Notes: generated by a model not told the origin, from the sequence alone. 64,000 nt of DNA from Promethearchaeota archaeon (GCA_048938025.1 JBHLMP010000006.1:31495-95494); one strand, 5' to 3'. Shown: positions 9,414-20,045, numbered from the stretch's first letter. Translations and numbers: made by a program.

Positions 9414-11726
9414 TTAAACAGCAACTTGAAAAATATTTTTCTCTATTAATTTAAGAATTATTTCAATATCTTTAGGGCTGCAAGTTGTTTCAGATATTAA
9501 ATCTTTAATATGAAAAAAATCTGTACCCTTTTTTTTCATAATTGATATTGCATCATCAATAAAATATTTCTCATTAGGGCTAATTCGAATTTTCTCTAAT
9601 TTATCTCCATTAACAAATTTTAGAGGATATACAATTGATACATTAAGATGTTTTACAAGTAAATCTTCTATAGTTTTAAATTTTCTAACATCTCCATCAA
9701 ATTGATCAATTAAATTCCCATAATTCTTATAGATATCATAAGCTAAATCTTCAAGTGAATAGAGTAAAAATTCTGATGGACTTTCTTTTAATATGAGAAT
9801 TAATCTAATATTTACAAATTCGCTCATTAATACAATTGAATTTCTATATTCTAATTTTATGGTCTGAGATTGATTTTCAACTTTCATTAATTCAATTCCA
9901 AATGAAGAAAGGGCTTGTAAAAACCCGGAAATTAAAGTACCATTTAAATCTTTACTTGTAAAACTTTGTTCATAAACACTTAATCCAGATCTCTTATTTG
10001 TCACAATAAGATAATCAAGGTTCATAATATCCATACATTTACTGAATTTTTTATGCTCTTCCTCAATCTTACTAGCTCGAATCTTTTTAATTGTTCGATA
10101 AGATATTAATCCCCCAACAATCCCTACTATTCCTAGTATAACACCAGTAACAATCCATATTGGATCTATAGTAAAGGGGATCGGAGGTTTAGCTACTTGA
10201 AAGTCTTGAGACTGAACACCTGCATCTGTGTTATTATTCCAATAAATTAAAATATAATATGAGCCTTCACGTGAATTTGATGGAATTGTATAAGAAAATA
10301 ACTGTTCTGTAGAACTAATTTCTCTTGTTTCTATTGGTTCTTCATAACCAAAACCTAATGAATTGATAAAAAAGAATGTTAGATTACCTTCGGGTGCTGG
10401 TGCAGAAACAGTAAATTGTAATTCTTGTCCTGGTTCCCAATCCAAGACAGGAAGGTTTAAGTCAAAAATTATATCTGGCGAATTTGCAGTGATTCTCCAT
10501 TCAGCACCACCAAGTATAATACTATTAGGAATGAGAATTGTATTTGTATTATTATCTATAATGGTACTAGATGTAAGGTTATCCCATGATAATCCTAATT
10601 TTCGAGATATTGTAAAGTTATACCAACTATCTGGATAATTAAACTTTACATAATAGTTAGAACCTACACTATTTAAAAGCGGAAATAGTGACCAACGATT
10701 ATTAGATTCTTCAACAATTGCAGAGGCTTTAGTTGAAAAGTTATTGTTTAGAGTAATTGAAAAATTATAATCATAATTTAATATCAGAGACTGATTAATC
10801 ATGATGGGAATATTTAAATCAATCTCCTCAGAAAAGTGAGTTAAATCGGATAAATTTAAGAACCCATCCCCTATAGTTAATCCATCAGTTATTTCATAAT
10901 TATCTCCATTAAATTGAGCAGTCATATTTAATTCTGAAGGAAAATATAGTTGATTTGGATCAGAAATTTTCAATTTGCATAAGAAACTTGAATTTACTGT
11001 ACCAATAGCCCAAGAAGTTATATAAGAGGAAGAATGCAAGAAAGGAATCTCAGGATCTAAATCATCTTTCTGCCAAAAATACTTTGCTTGATCATCTATA
11101 GGTAACCCAGTTCCGTTCATTACTAATGAATAATTTCCAATCGGTAATGTAATAGGATTTGTAATAAAATCTTGATAATACCAATCTAAATCAGTAGATA
11201 TATTTAAATTGATAGATCTATAAATTATACCATTAGGTATGGAATTAATTTCGTTAAATCCTTGAAGTTGGAATTTAATTGTCTCGTTTGCCTGTGGGGT
11301 TTTATATGCTTTGATGTACACACCTAGTAAATCGGTTTCCTCCAAAATTTCAATTTGAGTCGCTAGAGCAAAGGTTCGAAAATTAACATTTTTATTCCAT
11401 ACTTGCCCCAATGCAGTTTCACTTTCTTCAATAACTCTAACATCACTTCCTAAACTTATGTCAGAAAAATTAATTTGTATATTTGAAATTGTCCAATTTG
11501 GTTCTGGTAAATCGATTTGAATTGAACTAACATTCTCTTTCAATCCTTCAATTTGACAATATTCATAAAATCCAAATTTAGATGAAATTGTAAAAGGTTC
11601 ACCATTAGTTTGAGCATTTGAAAATCCTATGAAATTATTTAAAAATAAAAGAAAAAAGAATAGAACTAATATGATTCCTAAAACAGTTTTCGATTTAGAT
11701 ATACTTAGTCCCATAAAATTGATCAA
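9414..11726 (-). CDS. Receptor-like protein with cytoplasmic longin-like domain (paralog 2)
   Basis: Full-length paralog of 6990..9266 (WRITANSP, WNNxTDAGV, NLDYLI, QTIKLEY shared). Confidence 0.75.
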   Translation of the reverse strand: MINFMGLSISKSKTVLGIILVLFFFLLFLNNFIGFSNAQTNGEPFTISSKFGFYEYCQIEGLKENVSSIQIDLPEPNWTISNIQINFSDISLGSDVRVIEESETALGQVWNKNVNFRTFALATQIEILEETDLLGVYIKAYKTPQANETIKFQLQGFNEINSIPNGIIYRSINLNISTDLDWYYQDFITNPITLPIGNYSLVMNGTGLPIDDQAKYFWQKDDLDPEIPFLHSSSYITSWAIGTVNSSFLCKLKISDPNQLYFPSELNMTAQFNGDNYEITDGLTIGDGFLNLSDLTHFSEEIDLNIPIMINQSLILNYDYNFSITLNNNFSTKASAIVEESNNRWSLFPLLNSVGSNYYVKFNYPDSWYNFTISRKLGLSWDNLTSSTIIDNNTNTILIPNSIILGGAEWRITANSPDIIFDLNLPVLDWEPGQELQFTVSAPAPEGNLTFFFINSLGFGYEEPIETREISSTEQLFSYTIPSNSREGSYYILIYWNNNTDAGVQSQDFQVAKPPIPFTIDPIWIVTGVILGIVGIVGGLISYRTIKKIRASKIEEEHKKFSKCMDIMNLDYLIVTNKRSGLSVYEQSFTSKDLNGTLISGFLQALSSFGIELMKVENQSQTIKLEYRNSIVLMSEFVNIRLILILKESPSEFLLYSLEDLAYDIYKNYGNLIDQFDGDVRKFKTIEDLLVKHLNVSIVYPLKFVNGDKLEKIRISPNEKYFIDDAISIMKKKGTDFFHIKDLISETTCSPKDIEIILKLIEKNIFQVAV

Positions 11727-11886
11727 TATATATATTCTAATTGTGAAGATGCTTGATTAAATCTTAATAGCAAATCCCCGTATATAAAAAAATTCGTAAT
11801 ATTTTATAAATTTATGTTTGTTTTATTCACCTTTTTCAGCTAACTTTTTAGAATATCAAAATTTATTCTTTTCTACTCATCTTTTT

Positions 11887-12111
11887 CTAAGTAGCCGCTA
11901 TTCTTTTTGGATTTTTTGTCTGAGCTTTAATCGCTTCATGAAGTAATTTATTCACTAACTTAGATCGCTCTATTAGGCATACAGGTTGGATTTGTACAGA
12001 AATGATTTGTAAACCTTATACCTTCTTTTGCCAATCTATCAATATTTGGTGTCTTTATAATCGGATTTCCAGCAAATCCTAAATGATCTGTTCTTTTAAT
12101 TTTTCACTCAT
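11887..12111 (-). pseudogene. Collapsed sulfatase pseudogene (N- and C-terminal remnants)
   Basis: Minus strand reads MSEKL, then after a frame change [44 protein letters not shown] (sulfatase CxPxR signature), then in another frame KLVNKLLHEAIKAQTKNPKRIAAT*. Confidence 0.85.
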
Positions 12112-12161
12112 TTAATTTTACTTCGTTTTTTCAAAATATATTATTTTCTCATAATGTTGGT

Positions 12162-13337
12162 TCAACAGTCTTTCAGAGGAGTCATAAATCCACCAGCAGT
12201 TCTTTCTGTTAATGGACTCATTGAATTGCATTCCTTAATTTGAACATTTGTATCTAAATAAAATGTGCCAATCTTCTGAGCTTTATCATACAACTCGTTT
12301 TTTAAATTATCTTCGATTGAATTAAATAAATAAAACTTAAAAAGTGGTTCAGAATTTTCTTCAACATCCCAAATTCCGTTTATTTTTCCATTTATCAAAA
12401 TAGTAGCTGCAGCATTACCGGACCGATCAAAAACTCTGTCATAATTACTATAGTTAATATATCTTCCCCGTTCTTTATATCCCATAAGATAAGGATCGAG
12501 TTCAGGCAAAAAATTTAAGACTTTTTCCTTAGAATTATCAACATCTTTTAATTGATTCATATCAGACTTAAAGATAATAAAATCACCCTCAATATTCAAG
12601 ACTTTTATTCTCTCTAACTGTTCTTCGATAATTTTTAATGCTCCTCGTATCTTTGTCTTTGTTAAACCTGTCCACCAAGAAATATCACTTTCAGTTACTG
12701 GACCATATGATTTCACATATCTTTCGACTAGCTGCTTTATTGCATCTTTTTCATTAAATTCTGCTAAATGTATGGTTGGAAACTGTTCACTGAAGAGAAT
12801 ATATTTATTTCGTCTGTCTTTCCAATCTTTAATGGGTCTACCTCTAATTAATAAGCCATGATTACACATCAATTGAATAATTGCCGGTATATTTGATTCT
12901 GAATTCAAATCTTTCCGTATTTCAGATGCAGATAACTCTTTTCCTTTTAAAATTTTAATAATAGAATTTGATATCTCTTGGTAATCTTTTAAAGAAATTT
13001 TATGATACTCCATATATTTTTGGAAAGTTTTTTCAGAAAGTTTAAATGTTGCAGCATGTACAATAGGAATCATGTTTTTTGTTTGAATAAACAAAGTTCT
13101 GCGCATACCGCGAATTCTACCCATAGTTTTGTTTATGTAGAGTTCTTTTTCTAAATCAGCTTTTTTGAAATTTCGTGTTCTTATAAAAAGTGCCAAATAA
13201 GATGTTTTAAGGTCGGTAGAATGAAGGCCGCATAGATCTTCAGTTATTTGAATAATATCGTTAGTCTTATTATCTTCAGTTAAATGTTGTTTTTTTAAAA
13301 CTAATTTATTTACTTGGATTAAATCGAAAGTATTCAT
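12162..13337 (-). CDS. AlkZ/YcaQ-like (HTH_42) winged-helix DNA glycosylase family protein
   Basis: MRRTLF, LVERYVKSYGPVTESDISWWTGL, FLPELDPYLMGYKER, ILINGKINGIW. Confidence 0.85.
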   Translation of the reverse strand: MNTFDLIQVNKLVLKKQHLTEDNKTNDIIQITEDLCGLHSTDLKTSYLALFIRTRNFKKADLEKELYINKTMGRIRGMRRTLFIQTKNMIPIVHAATFKLSEKTFQKYMEYHKISLKDYQEISNSIIKILKGKELSASEIRKDLNSESNIPAIIQLMCNHGLLIRGRPIKDWKDRRNKYILFSEQFPTIHLAEFNEKDAIKQLVERYVKSYGPVTESDISWWTGLTKTKIRGALKIIEEQLERIKVLNIEGDFIIFKSDMNQLKDVDNSKEKVLNFLPELDPYLMGYKERGRYINYSNYDRVFDRSGNAAATILINGKINGIWDVEENSEPLFKFYLFNSIEDNLKNELYDKAQKIGTFYLDTNVQIKECNSMSPLTERTAGGFMTPLKDC

Positions 13338-13387
13338 ATAGTATCGACTAGTAATATTATCATTAAAAATAAAAAAATTGATTAAAA

Positions 13388-13954
13388 TTAAGATTTAATT
13401 TTTTTAAGCACAAAAGCAAAGTTTCTACCTAATCTCTCAAATGTTTGTATACCCTCTTCATCATTCAATACATCTCCCGGATCCTTACCCACTCCAAGGT
13501 TCCAATAGCTTGAGCCAACAACTATCATCTGCTTTATCAAGAAAAAATAGTTAATGCTAGAAAAGACATGAACCGCTCCTGCTCTTCTAACGGCAACCAC
13601 TGCAGCACCAACTTTATTTTTTAAATGTCTTCCTGTAGCATATCCAGCTCTTTCTATTAATGCTTTTGTACTTGTAGTTAGATTTGAGAAATAAGTTGGT
13701 GATCCAATGATGATTCCGTCTGCTTCAAGCATTTTTTGGATATATTCATTCATTTTATCATTTGGTAAAACACATTTTTGATCATCATTGTCTACACATT
13801 GTAAACAAGCGGTACATCCTTGTAATTTTTCCATTCCTATCCAATTATAATCACATTCGATTCCTGCAGCCTTTAATTCTTTCATAACAGTATTTAAGCA
13901 ATGATATGTATTTCCTTCCTTTCTTGGACTTCCATTAAATAATACGACTTTCAC
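13388..13954 (-). CDS. Iron-sulfur flavoprotein / NADPH-dependent FMN reductase (flavodoxin-like, Isf family)
   Basis: NGSPRKEGNT, CTACLQC-x7-C cluster motif, GSPTYF, RRAG; probable GTG start at 13954 behind AGGAG. Confidence 0.9.
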   Translation of the reverse strand: MKVVLFNGSPRKEGNTYHCLNTVMKELKAAGIECDYNWIGMEKLQGCTACLQCVDNDDQKCVLPNDKMNEYIQKMLEADGIIIGSPTYFSNLTTSTKALIERAGYATGRHLKNKVGAAVVAVRRAGAVHVFSSINYFFLIKQMIVVGSSYWNLGVGKDPGDVLNDEEGIQTFERLGRNFAFVLKKIKS

Positions 13955-14067
13955 TTTTAGTACTCCTAAATTATGATTATTTTTCAATAATTATTATTAT
14001 ACTATTAATTTTACCAATGATTACATTTTAAAAATTGGAAAAAAAGGAGATTTTGATAAATAAGTAT

Positions 14068-14811
14068 TTACTTTTTTTTTAGAAATAATCTTTCCATCCA
14101 TTTTGGGAGCATAAAGCCTCCGTAAAATTCGATTGAGCTCGAAATTAAGATCAACCTAGCTACTATTAGTATGATAATTGAAATTCCACTCAAAATTTCT
14201 AATACTGAGCCCAAAACAAAGGATGTAAAAGCAGCAAAAAGCAATTTTCCTTTTAATCTGATTTCAGGACTGCCAGATTTTAAGGATTGGCGAGCAAAAA
14301 AGAAACCAGTTATTAGTACCATCAAAACAAGGAAAAGTTGGTAAGCTGTAACAAAGAATTCATACTCAGCATCAACAGGACTAGTAACTTCTCCTATTAA
14401 TGTATGGTCAATTAGGAGTACTGTGAAAAATACCATTTCGAATATAATTCCAGTAATTGCAAAAATTAGTAAAATTGTTGTCTGTCTTTTTTTATAGAGA
14501 AGATCGGTGAAGGCAGTCATCCAAATATACGCGGTTATTGGTAATGGAACCACTCCAATTATAAAATAATACTGAGGTGCTGACATATAGCCATTACCAT
14601 CAGTTAATAATGCGACTAAAAATGAAGAAGAACTCGCATACCAACTCGAGACAATTCCAAGCCAAACAAGACCGACGAGTAATATTATTCTATTTTTTGA
14701 TTTAGGATATTTTGCGATAATGGTAATCCCAATTACTATTGATATCAGAACAAAGATTAAGCTAAAAATTCCATTTATAAACTCATCCGGAGTTAAAGTC
14801 ATAAATATCAC
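14068..14811 (-). CDS. Stand-alone 7-TM membrane protein (sensor-like)
   Basis: Seven hydrophobic helices, no soluble output domain; real start may be the ATG at 14802. Confidence 0.7.
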   Translation of the reverse strand: MIFMTLTPDEFINGIFSLIFVLISIVIGITIIAKYPKSKNRIILLVGLVWLGIVSSWYASSSSFLVALLTDGNGYMSAPQYYFIIGVVPLPITAYIWMTAFTDLLYKKRQTTILLIFAITGIIFEMVFFTVLLIDHTLIGEVTSPVDAEYEFFVTAYQLFLVLMVLITGFFFARQSLKSGSPEIRLKGKLLFAAFTSFVLGSVLEILSGISIIILIVARLILISSSIEFYGGFMLPKWMERLFLKKK

Positions 14812-14922
14812 TTTTTTCTAATTCATTAAAGATGTTATTCATTGATTTAATATGTGTAATAGTCCAATAAATAATATTATATCACAAATTTATTAATTTA
14901 TTATTAATCCATTAGAATCTCT

Positions 14923-15246
14923 CTATTCTAATCTTTCAATTCTAAAAATAACTGGTCTAAACCAATCAGTACATCCCGTAATTACGGTACCCTTTTGTTT
15001 CATGCCAATAATATTACCTCCTGATGCTATGGTCATTATATCTTTACGTATATCTGCCCAAGCCCAATCACAAAAACCTTCCGGTACACTTGCTAAATTC
15101 GGATCTATGATGAATTCTTGACCATCTTCAAAACGTTCACATAAATTTATATCATGATATCGGTCTATGATGTATTCTTCAATTAAATCTTTATTAATTG
15201 AACGTTTAAGTACAGTTATTTTACATTTTGGCATCTTAGAACCCAT
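14923..15246 (-). CDS. TIGR04076-family Cys-rich small protein
   Basis: CKITVLKR...C..FEDGQEF...PEGFCDWAWADI...CTDWFRPVIFRIER; ATG at 15246 behind GAGGA. Confidence 0.8.
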   Translation of the reverse strand: MGSKMPKCKITVLKRSINKDLIEEYIIDRYHDINLCERFEDGQEFIIDPNLASVPEGFCDWAWADIRKDIMTIASGGNIIGMKQKGTVITGCTDWFRPVIFRIERLE

Positions 15247-15352
15247 TTTGAAATCCTCTTTTTTAATTAAAATAAATTTTCGCTTTTTAACATAAATTAT
15301 TTTAGAGCTGTTTTTCATATATTTTCATATAATAAAGAATTTATTCAAATCC

Positions 15353-16600
15353 ATGAATTCTATCATACTTGAACGTCCTGAATTACTTGCTCCTTGTCAA
15401 GATTTTAATTCATTAAGGTTTGTTGTTGGGATAGCAGATGCTATATATTTTGGAGTAAGTAAGTATAGCATGCGCATAAAGGCAAAAGGTTTTAAAAGTG
15501 ACGATTTAAGAAAAATTGCAGAGTTTTGCCATAACCAGAATCCACCTATGAAAGCCTACTTAACTACAAATATTTTAATTTATGATTCTGAATTACAAGA
15601 TTTAGAAACTTTGATCTTAGAAGCTAAAGAAGCAAAGATTGATGCTATAATTGCTCATGATCTTGCTGTACTAAAATTTGCAAAACAAAATAAGATGGAT
15701 TTTCATATATCAACCCAAGCAAATGTGTCTAACATTGAAGCAGCAAAATTTTATGAAGAATTAGGGGCTGAAAGGATTATTTTAGCAAGAGAGCTCTCTT
15801 TAAAGCAAATAAAACTCATTAAACATCACCTCTCAAAAACTAAAATTGAATCTTTTGTTCACGGTTCGATGTGTACTTCAATTTCAGGAAGATGTTATTT
15901 GTCTGCTACTGTTTGTGATTCTGAGGAATATTCAGCAAACCGAGGAAATTGTGTTCAGCCATGTAGGAGAGAATGGCGAGTTATTGACGATGAGAATAAT
16001 GAATTTATCTATGATGGTCAAATGTTTTTGAACACGAAAGATTTGTGTATGATTGAATATATTCCTCATCTTATTGATGCGAACATAGATGCTTTTAAAA
16101 TAGAAGGTAGATTGAAGGATCCACTTTATATAAAAGTAGTAACAGAATGTTATAAAGAAGCTCTTGATAGTTTTTTTAATAGAACTTATACAAAAGAAAG
16201 AATTAAAAATTGGCTTCAAAGACTATCTAAAGTGTATAATCGGGGCTTTCATACTGGTTTTTATTTTAGAAGACCTACTATTGAAGATATTCAATTAGAG
16301 CAAAGAGGTAATATTTCGCCTTACAAAAAACATTATCTTGGGAAGATTATAGCTTTTGATAAGATGAGTAAAACAGCCAATGTTCTGCTTGAAAGTTTAG
16401 AAGTACCACTAAAATTAGGAGATGAAATTATAATCATTGGGAATAACACTTATTCAATAGAAACCATAAAAAAAATGATTTATAAAGGTGAGAAGATCAA
16501 GAGTATTGTAAGGAAAAGATATAGCGATCCAGTAAAAATTAATTTACGTATTGACAATTGCGAAACAAACGATAAAATTTATATCATTTCAAAAACATAA
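15353..16600 (+). CDS. U32 family (TrhP/RlhA-like) Fe-S hydroxylase, usually annotated as peptidase
   Basis: PELLAP, HISTQAN, ILARELSL, FVHGSMCTSISGRC, NRGNCVQPCRR, FKIEGR. Confidence 0.93.
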   Translation: MNSIILERPELLAPCQDFNSLRFVVGIADAIYFGVSKYSMRIKAKGFKSDDLRKIAEFCHNQNPPMKAYLTTNILIYDSELQDLETLILEAKEAKIDAIIAHDLAVLKFAKQNKMDFHISTQANVSNIEAAKFYEELGAERIILARELSLKQIKLIKHHLSKTKIESFVHGSMCTSISGRCYLSATVCDSEEYSANRGNCVQPCRREWRVIDDENNEFIYDGQMFLNTKDLCMIEYIPHLIDANIDAFKIEGRLKDPLYIKVVTECYKEALDSFFNRTYTKERIKNWLQRLSKVYNRGFHTGFYFRRPTIEDIQLEQRGNISPYKKHYLGKIIAFDKMSKTANVLLESLEVPLKLGDEIIIIGNNTYSIETIKKMIYKGEKIKSIVRKRYSDPVKINLRIDNCETNDKIYIISKT

Positions 16601-16657
16601 TCAAATGATTTTTGTCAGACTCCAATCTAATTATAGAAAATATTATCAGATACAATT

Positions 16658-17329
16658 ATGACCTTTGAGGAGAAAAGAAGAAGATTGGTTGAAAGTCTTA
16701 CAAGTCGAAAAATCTTAACAGATCCAAAAGTAGTTAGAGCAATGTTAATAGTTCCTAGACACAAATTTGTACCTGAAGAGGCTGTTTCTTCTGCTTATAT
16801 GGATTCTCCTCTATCAATTGGTCAAGGTCAAACAATAAGCGCACCTCATATGAACGCCATGATGTGTGAATATCTTGAACTTAAAGAGGGAGAAAAGGTT
16901 TTAGAAGTTGGAACAGGTTCGGGATATCATGCTGCTTTATGTGCAGAATTAGTTGCCCCAAAAGATTCAGAATCAAAAGGGCATGTATACACAATTGAAC
17001 GCATCAAACAGTTAGTTGAAGGAGCTAAACGTAATCTGAAAGATACAGGATATGAGAATATTGTAACGGTAATTCATGGTGATGGTACATTAGGATATCC
17101 AGAGGCAGCTCCATATGATAAGATTTTAGTAACTGCTGCTTCACCTAGCAAAATTCCTCAACCGCTAAAAGAACAATTAAAAAATGGTGGAGTATTGTGC
17201 GTTCCAGCAGGTTCGAAAAATTTTGCCCAAAACTTATATATTATTAAAAAAAGAGGAGAAAAATTCGAAACCAAACGTGTTTCTGGAGTAAGATTTGTTC
17301 CTCTAATTGGAAAATATGGATTTGATTAA
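16658..17329 (+). CDS. pcm: Protein-L-isoaspartate O-methyltransferase
   Basis: VPRHKFVP, GQTISAPHM, VLEVGTGSGYHAA, GDGTLGYPEAAPYDKILVTAA, VRFVPL. Confidence 0.96.
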   Translation: MTFEEKRRRLVESLTSRKILTDPKVVRAMLIVPRHKFVPEEAVSSAYMDSPLSIGQGQTISAPHMNAMMCEYLELKEGEKVLEVGTGSGYHAALCAELVAPKDSESKGHVYTIERIKQLVEGAKRNLKDTGYENIVTVIHGDGTLGYPEAAPYDKILVTAASPSKIPQPLKEQLKNGGVLCVPAGSKNFAQNLYIIKKRGEKFETKRVSGVRFVPLIGKYGFD

Positions 17330-17634
17330 ATTATAGAATATTAAATTATTCTTAAAATGAGTTTATTCAGAAAAATTATGTTTTAGCTTTTTTTCCATTA
17401 ATTTTTTACGAACACTTTTTACGTATTCGTTATTTTGTATTCTATCTTTTATAGATTTGTTATTATAGGCCCAGCCATTACGCTTTTCAAAGTTATTTCC
17501 TTTAATTGTAACTCATTCTCTTTTTTTAATGTTTCTTTACTTTTATTACTACATTAATATTTAAAAAGATAATCAAAACCGACAGAAGTCCTCCTAATCC
17601 TAACAAAATTGTAAAAGATATAAAAGTATAAATA

Positions 17635-19824
17635 TTAAAAAATCTTTATTTGGAGAGTAATTTCAAAATTTTTACCTATTTTAATGAGAGGAGTAACATT
17701 TATTCCTTGATAGATCTTTTTATATCCTTCTTCAGTGTAGGCATATGCAATTATTGGAAATTTATTAATTTTAACTGAATCTACTTTACTCAAAATAGTA
17801 AATTCGATATTTAAGTTGTAAGAATCATCATATGCTTTAAAATGGGATCCCTCATATTGGAAAGGCTCTAGTAGATCTTTTTCCTTATCATCCTTGAGTT
17901 CTACTTGAGCACTCTCCCATCGGAATTTATTTGTATCCCCATTAAAGAAAAAGGGAAGATCAATTGCTAGCTGTAAATTATTAACAATCCTCTCTAGTTC
18001 TTCTTCTTGACCAGGGATTTCCTCAAAATTAACTCTTAGTATTGCTTCAATTTGGTTCTCTTCAACATAAATATCTTTTGTAATCAAACACGGATTTCTA
18101 AAATTTGTTTTGGTATCTTTTACTGTTCCATGTTTTTCCATTTCTAAAATTGCGAGTTTAACATCTTTTTCACTACTTGTAACCTTAAAATTACCGTCAA
18201 TAAAATCACCAAACTCATAATATTGATCCGTATACAATTGTTCCAGATTATCATCTTTGTGTAAAAATCTTATCCGCAACATGCTCCGCCTAAATTTATC
18301 TACTAAAACCTCTTTATCTTTAAGTTTTTTACTTTCATGATAAGCTTCTTGCCATCTTGTTAATGTATTAAGTACATTATAAGATTTAGGTTTGTAATCT
18401 AATTCAAAAATCGTCCCACCGTTAGAGGGATTAATATAAAGATTAAGTAATTTTGATTCAATCAAATAATCTGTTTTACTATCTTTGTTAAAATCTAAAG
18501 GAGTTATATAAATATATGATTCTAAAGCTGGATTCATTAGAGTGTTTATCTCATCAATTAACTTCTCAGCATTAATTAAGTGAGAATATACTGAAAATCT
18601 TAAAAATTGTAAATAAACTCCTCCAAAAAGCCCATGCCAATAGCAGTCATTACACTGTGACTTATAAATCTCATCCCATGCTTCATTTATTTTATCTAGA
18701 ATTTTTGGAATTAAGACGTCATCATCGACTTCTATTAATCGTTCTTCTGCCTTAATAAGTTTTTCTCTTACATAAAGCATTTTTTTGTGCATATTATTAG
18801 ATTCAGGATATTTCACGAGAAAATATCGCCAAAATCCTCCCTTTAAAAACAAATACTCATCTTGTTTTTCAGGGTCATCTTTCAATGCTTTCCTAATTTT
18901 TTTAAAACGCTTTCGAATTGGTGTTAATAACACCCATTCTTCCATTTTATCATAACTTGCTGTGGGAAGATACACCAATCCTTTTGCTGCAAATTGCTCC
19001 ATATATTCAGATAATGTTAAAGATTTAATCCATTTATTATTTTTAATCTGTTCAAAAAAGGAAGGAATAAATGGCTTTCCATTATCACCATCCTTATGTC
19101 CTTGGCCTTCAACATAGCAGATTTCGTGGGTTGTACCCCACACTCCCATCTTTTCTGCATCTGAGATCAGTAATGCTACTCTATCACCTTGAAAATCTGC
19201 CATTTTCTTTAAATAATCAATTGAATAATAACTTGGCTTCCATGGTGTCAAATATCTCAGCTCTTCATTGATTGGAAAGACTCTTAACGTTTTTCCATCA
19301 TCTTCAGTAATATAAGTGTAAAATGTATTTTCTTCAGTTATCCCTGTTGATCGAAAATGATTGTCATCAACTATTACATATGTTAAACCAACATCATTTA
19401 GAAAGGAAGGATAATTGGGTTCCCAAACTCTTTCAGATAACCATGCACCTTTCACATCTAATCCAAATTCTGCTTGGATTAATTCTGATAACTTTTTTAT
19501 TTGAGCAATCTTATCACGGTATGGTATAATAGAAAAAATAGGCTCATAATAACCACCACCAATTATTTCAACTTGGTTTCTTCTTGCCATTTCCTTTAGC
19601 TTTTGAATGAATTCAGGTTTGTTTTCAATAAGCCATTCCAGCAAATTACCTGAAAAATGTAAAGTAAATTTAATTTCTGGAAATAGATATAAATTTTCTA
19701 CTAAAGGCTCATAAGACTTCTTATAAACATCCTCAATAACCCAAATGAAGTTATTAACTGGCTGGTGAAAGTGAAATACAATAGGGAGGTTTATAGTTTT
19801 TTCACTCATAATTCTAGATTGCAT
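17635..19824 (-). CDS. GH57 alpha-amylase / 4-alpha-glucanotransferase
   Basis: HFHQPV, GGYYEPI, WLSERVWEP nucleophile, DAEKMG acid/base, SQCNDCYWHGLFGGVY; C-terminal beta domain. Confidence 0.92.
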   Translation of the reverse strand: MQSRIMSEKTINLPIVFHFHQPVNNFIWVIEDVYKKSYEPLVENLYLFPEIKFTLHFSGNLLEWLIENKPEFIQKLKEMARRNQVEIIGGGYYEPIFSIIPYRDKIAQIKKLSELIQAEFGLDVKGAWLSERVWEPNYPSFLNDVGLTYVIVDDNHFRSTGITEENTFYTYITEDDGKTLRVFPINEELRYLTPWKPSYYSIDYLKKMADFQGDRVALLISDAEKMGVWGTTHEICYVEGQGHKDGDNGKPFIPSFFEQIKNNKWIKSLTLSEYMEQFAAKGLVYLPTASYDKMEEWVLLTPIRKRFKKIRKALKDDPEKQDEYLFLKGGFWRYFLVKYPESNNMHKKMLYVREKLIKAEERLIEVDDDVLIPKILDKINEAWDEIYKSQCNDCYWHGLFGGVYLQFLRFSVYSHLINAEKLIDEINTLMNPALESYIYITPLDFNKDSKTDYLIESKLLNLYINPSNGGTIFELDYKPKSYNVLNTLTRWQEAYHESKKLKDKEVLVDKFRRSMLRIRFLHKDDNLEQLYTDQYYEFGDFIDGNFKVTSSEKDVKLAILEMEKHGTVKDTKTNFRNPCLITKDIYVEENQIEAILRVNFEEIPGQEEELERIVNNLQLAIDLPFFFNGDTNKFRWESAQVELKDDKEKDLLEPFQYEGSHFKAYDDSYNLNIEFTILSKVDSVKINKFPIIAYAYTEEGYKKIYQGINVTPLIKIGKNFEITLQIKIF

Positions 19825-20045
19825 TTTTCCATTAGTTTAATATAAGTAAAAGAGGATTGCTTATAAAAAATAACATTATTAATATTAATTTTTTTTATTA
19901 TACTAAGGGAAACTGAGACGATAACTAAAATTCAAAAAAAAATACAAATTTTATTAATCTACAATAATTTAGTTGATCATTAAATTTTGTGGATTTGGTA
20001 TTTTTGAAAATCATAGATCTATACTTTATAATATTGAACTCTTAA

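Noticed and set aside
1980-17220. GGTTCGA T-loop-like words near 1983, 11373, 15863 and 17211
   Set aside because: All lie inside protein-coding genes with no cloverleaf stems; not tRNAs
17400-17630. Minus-strand hydrophobic frame FISFTILLGLGGLLSVLIIFLNINVVIKVKKH* resembling a transporter C-terminus remnant
   Set aside because: No start codon or diagnostic motif; hydrophobic frames arise by chance in T-rich DNA
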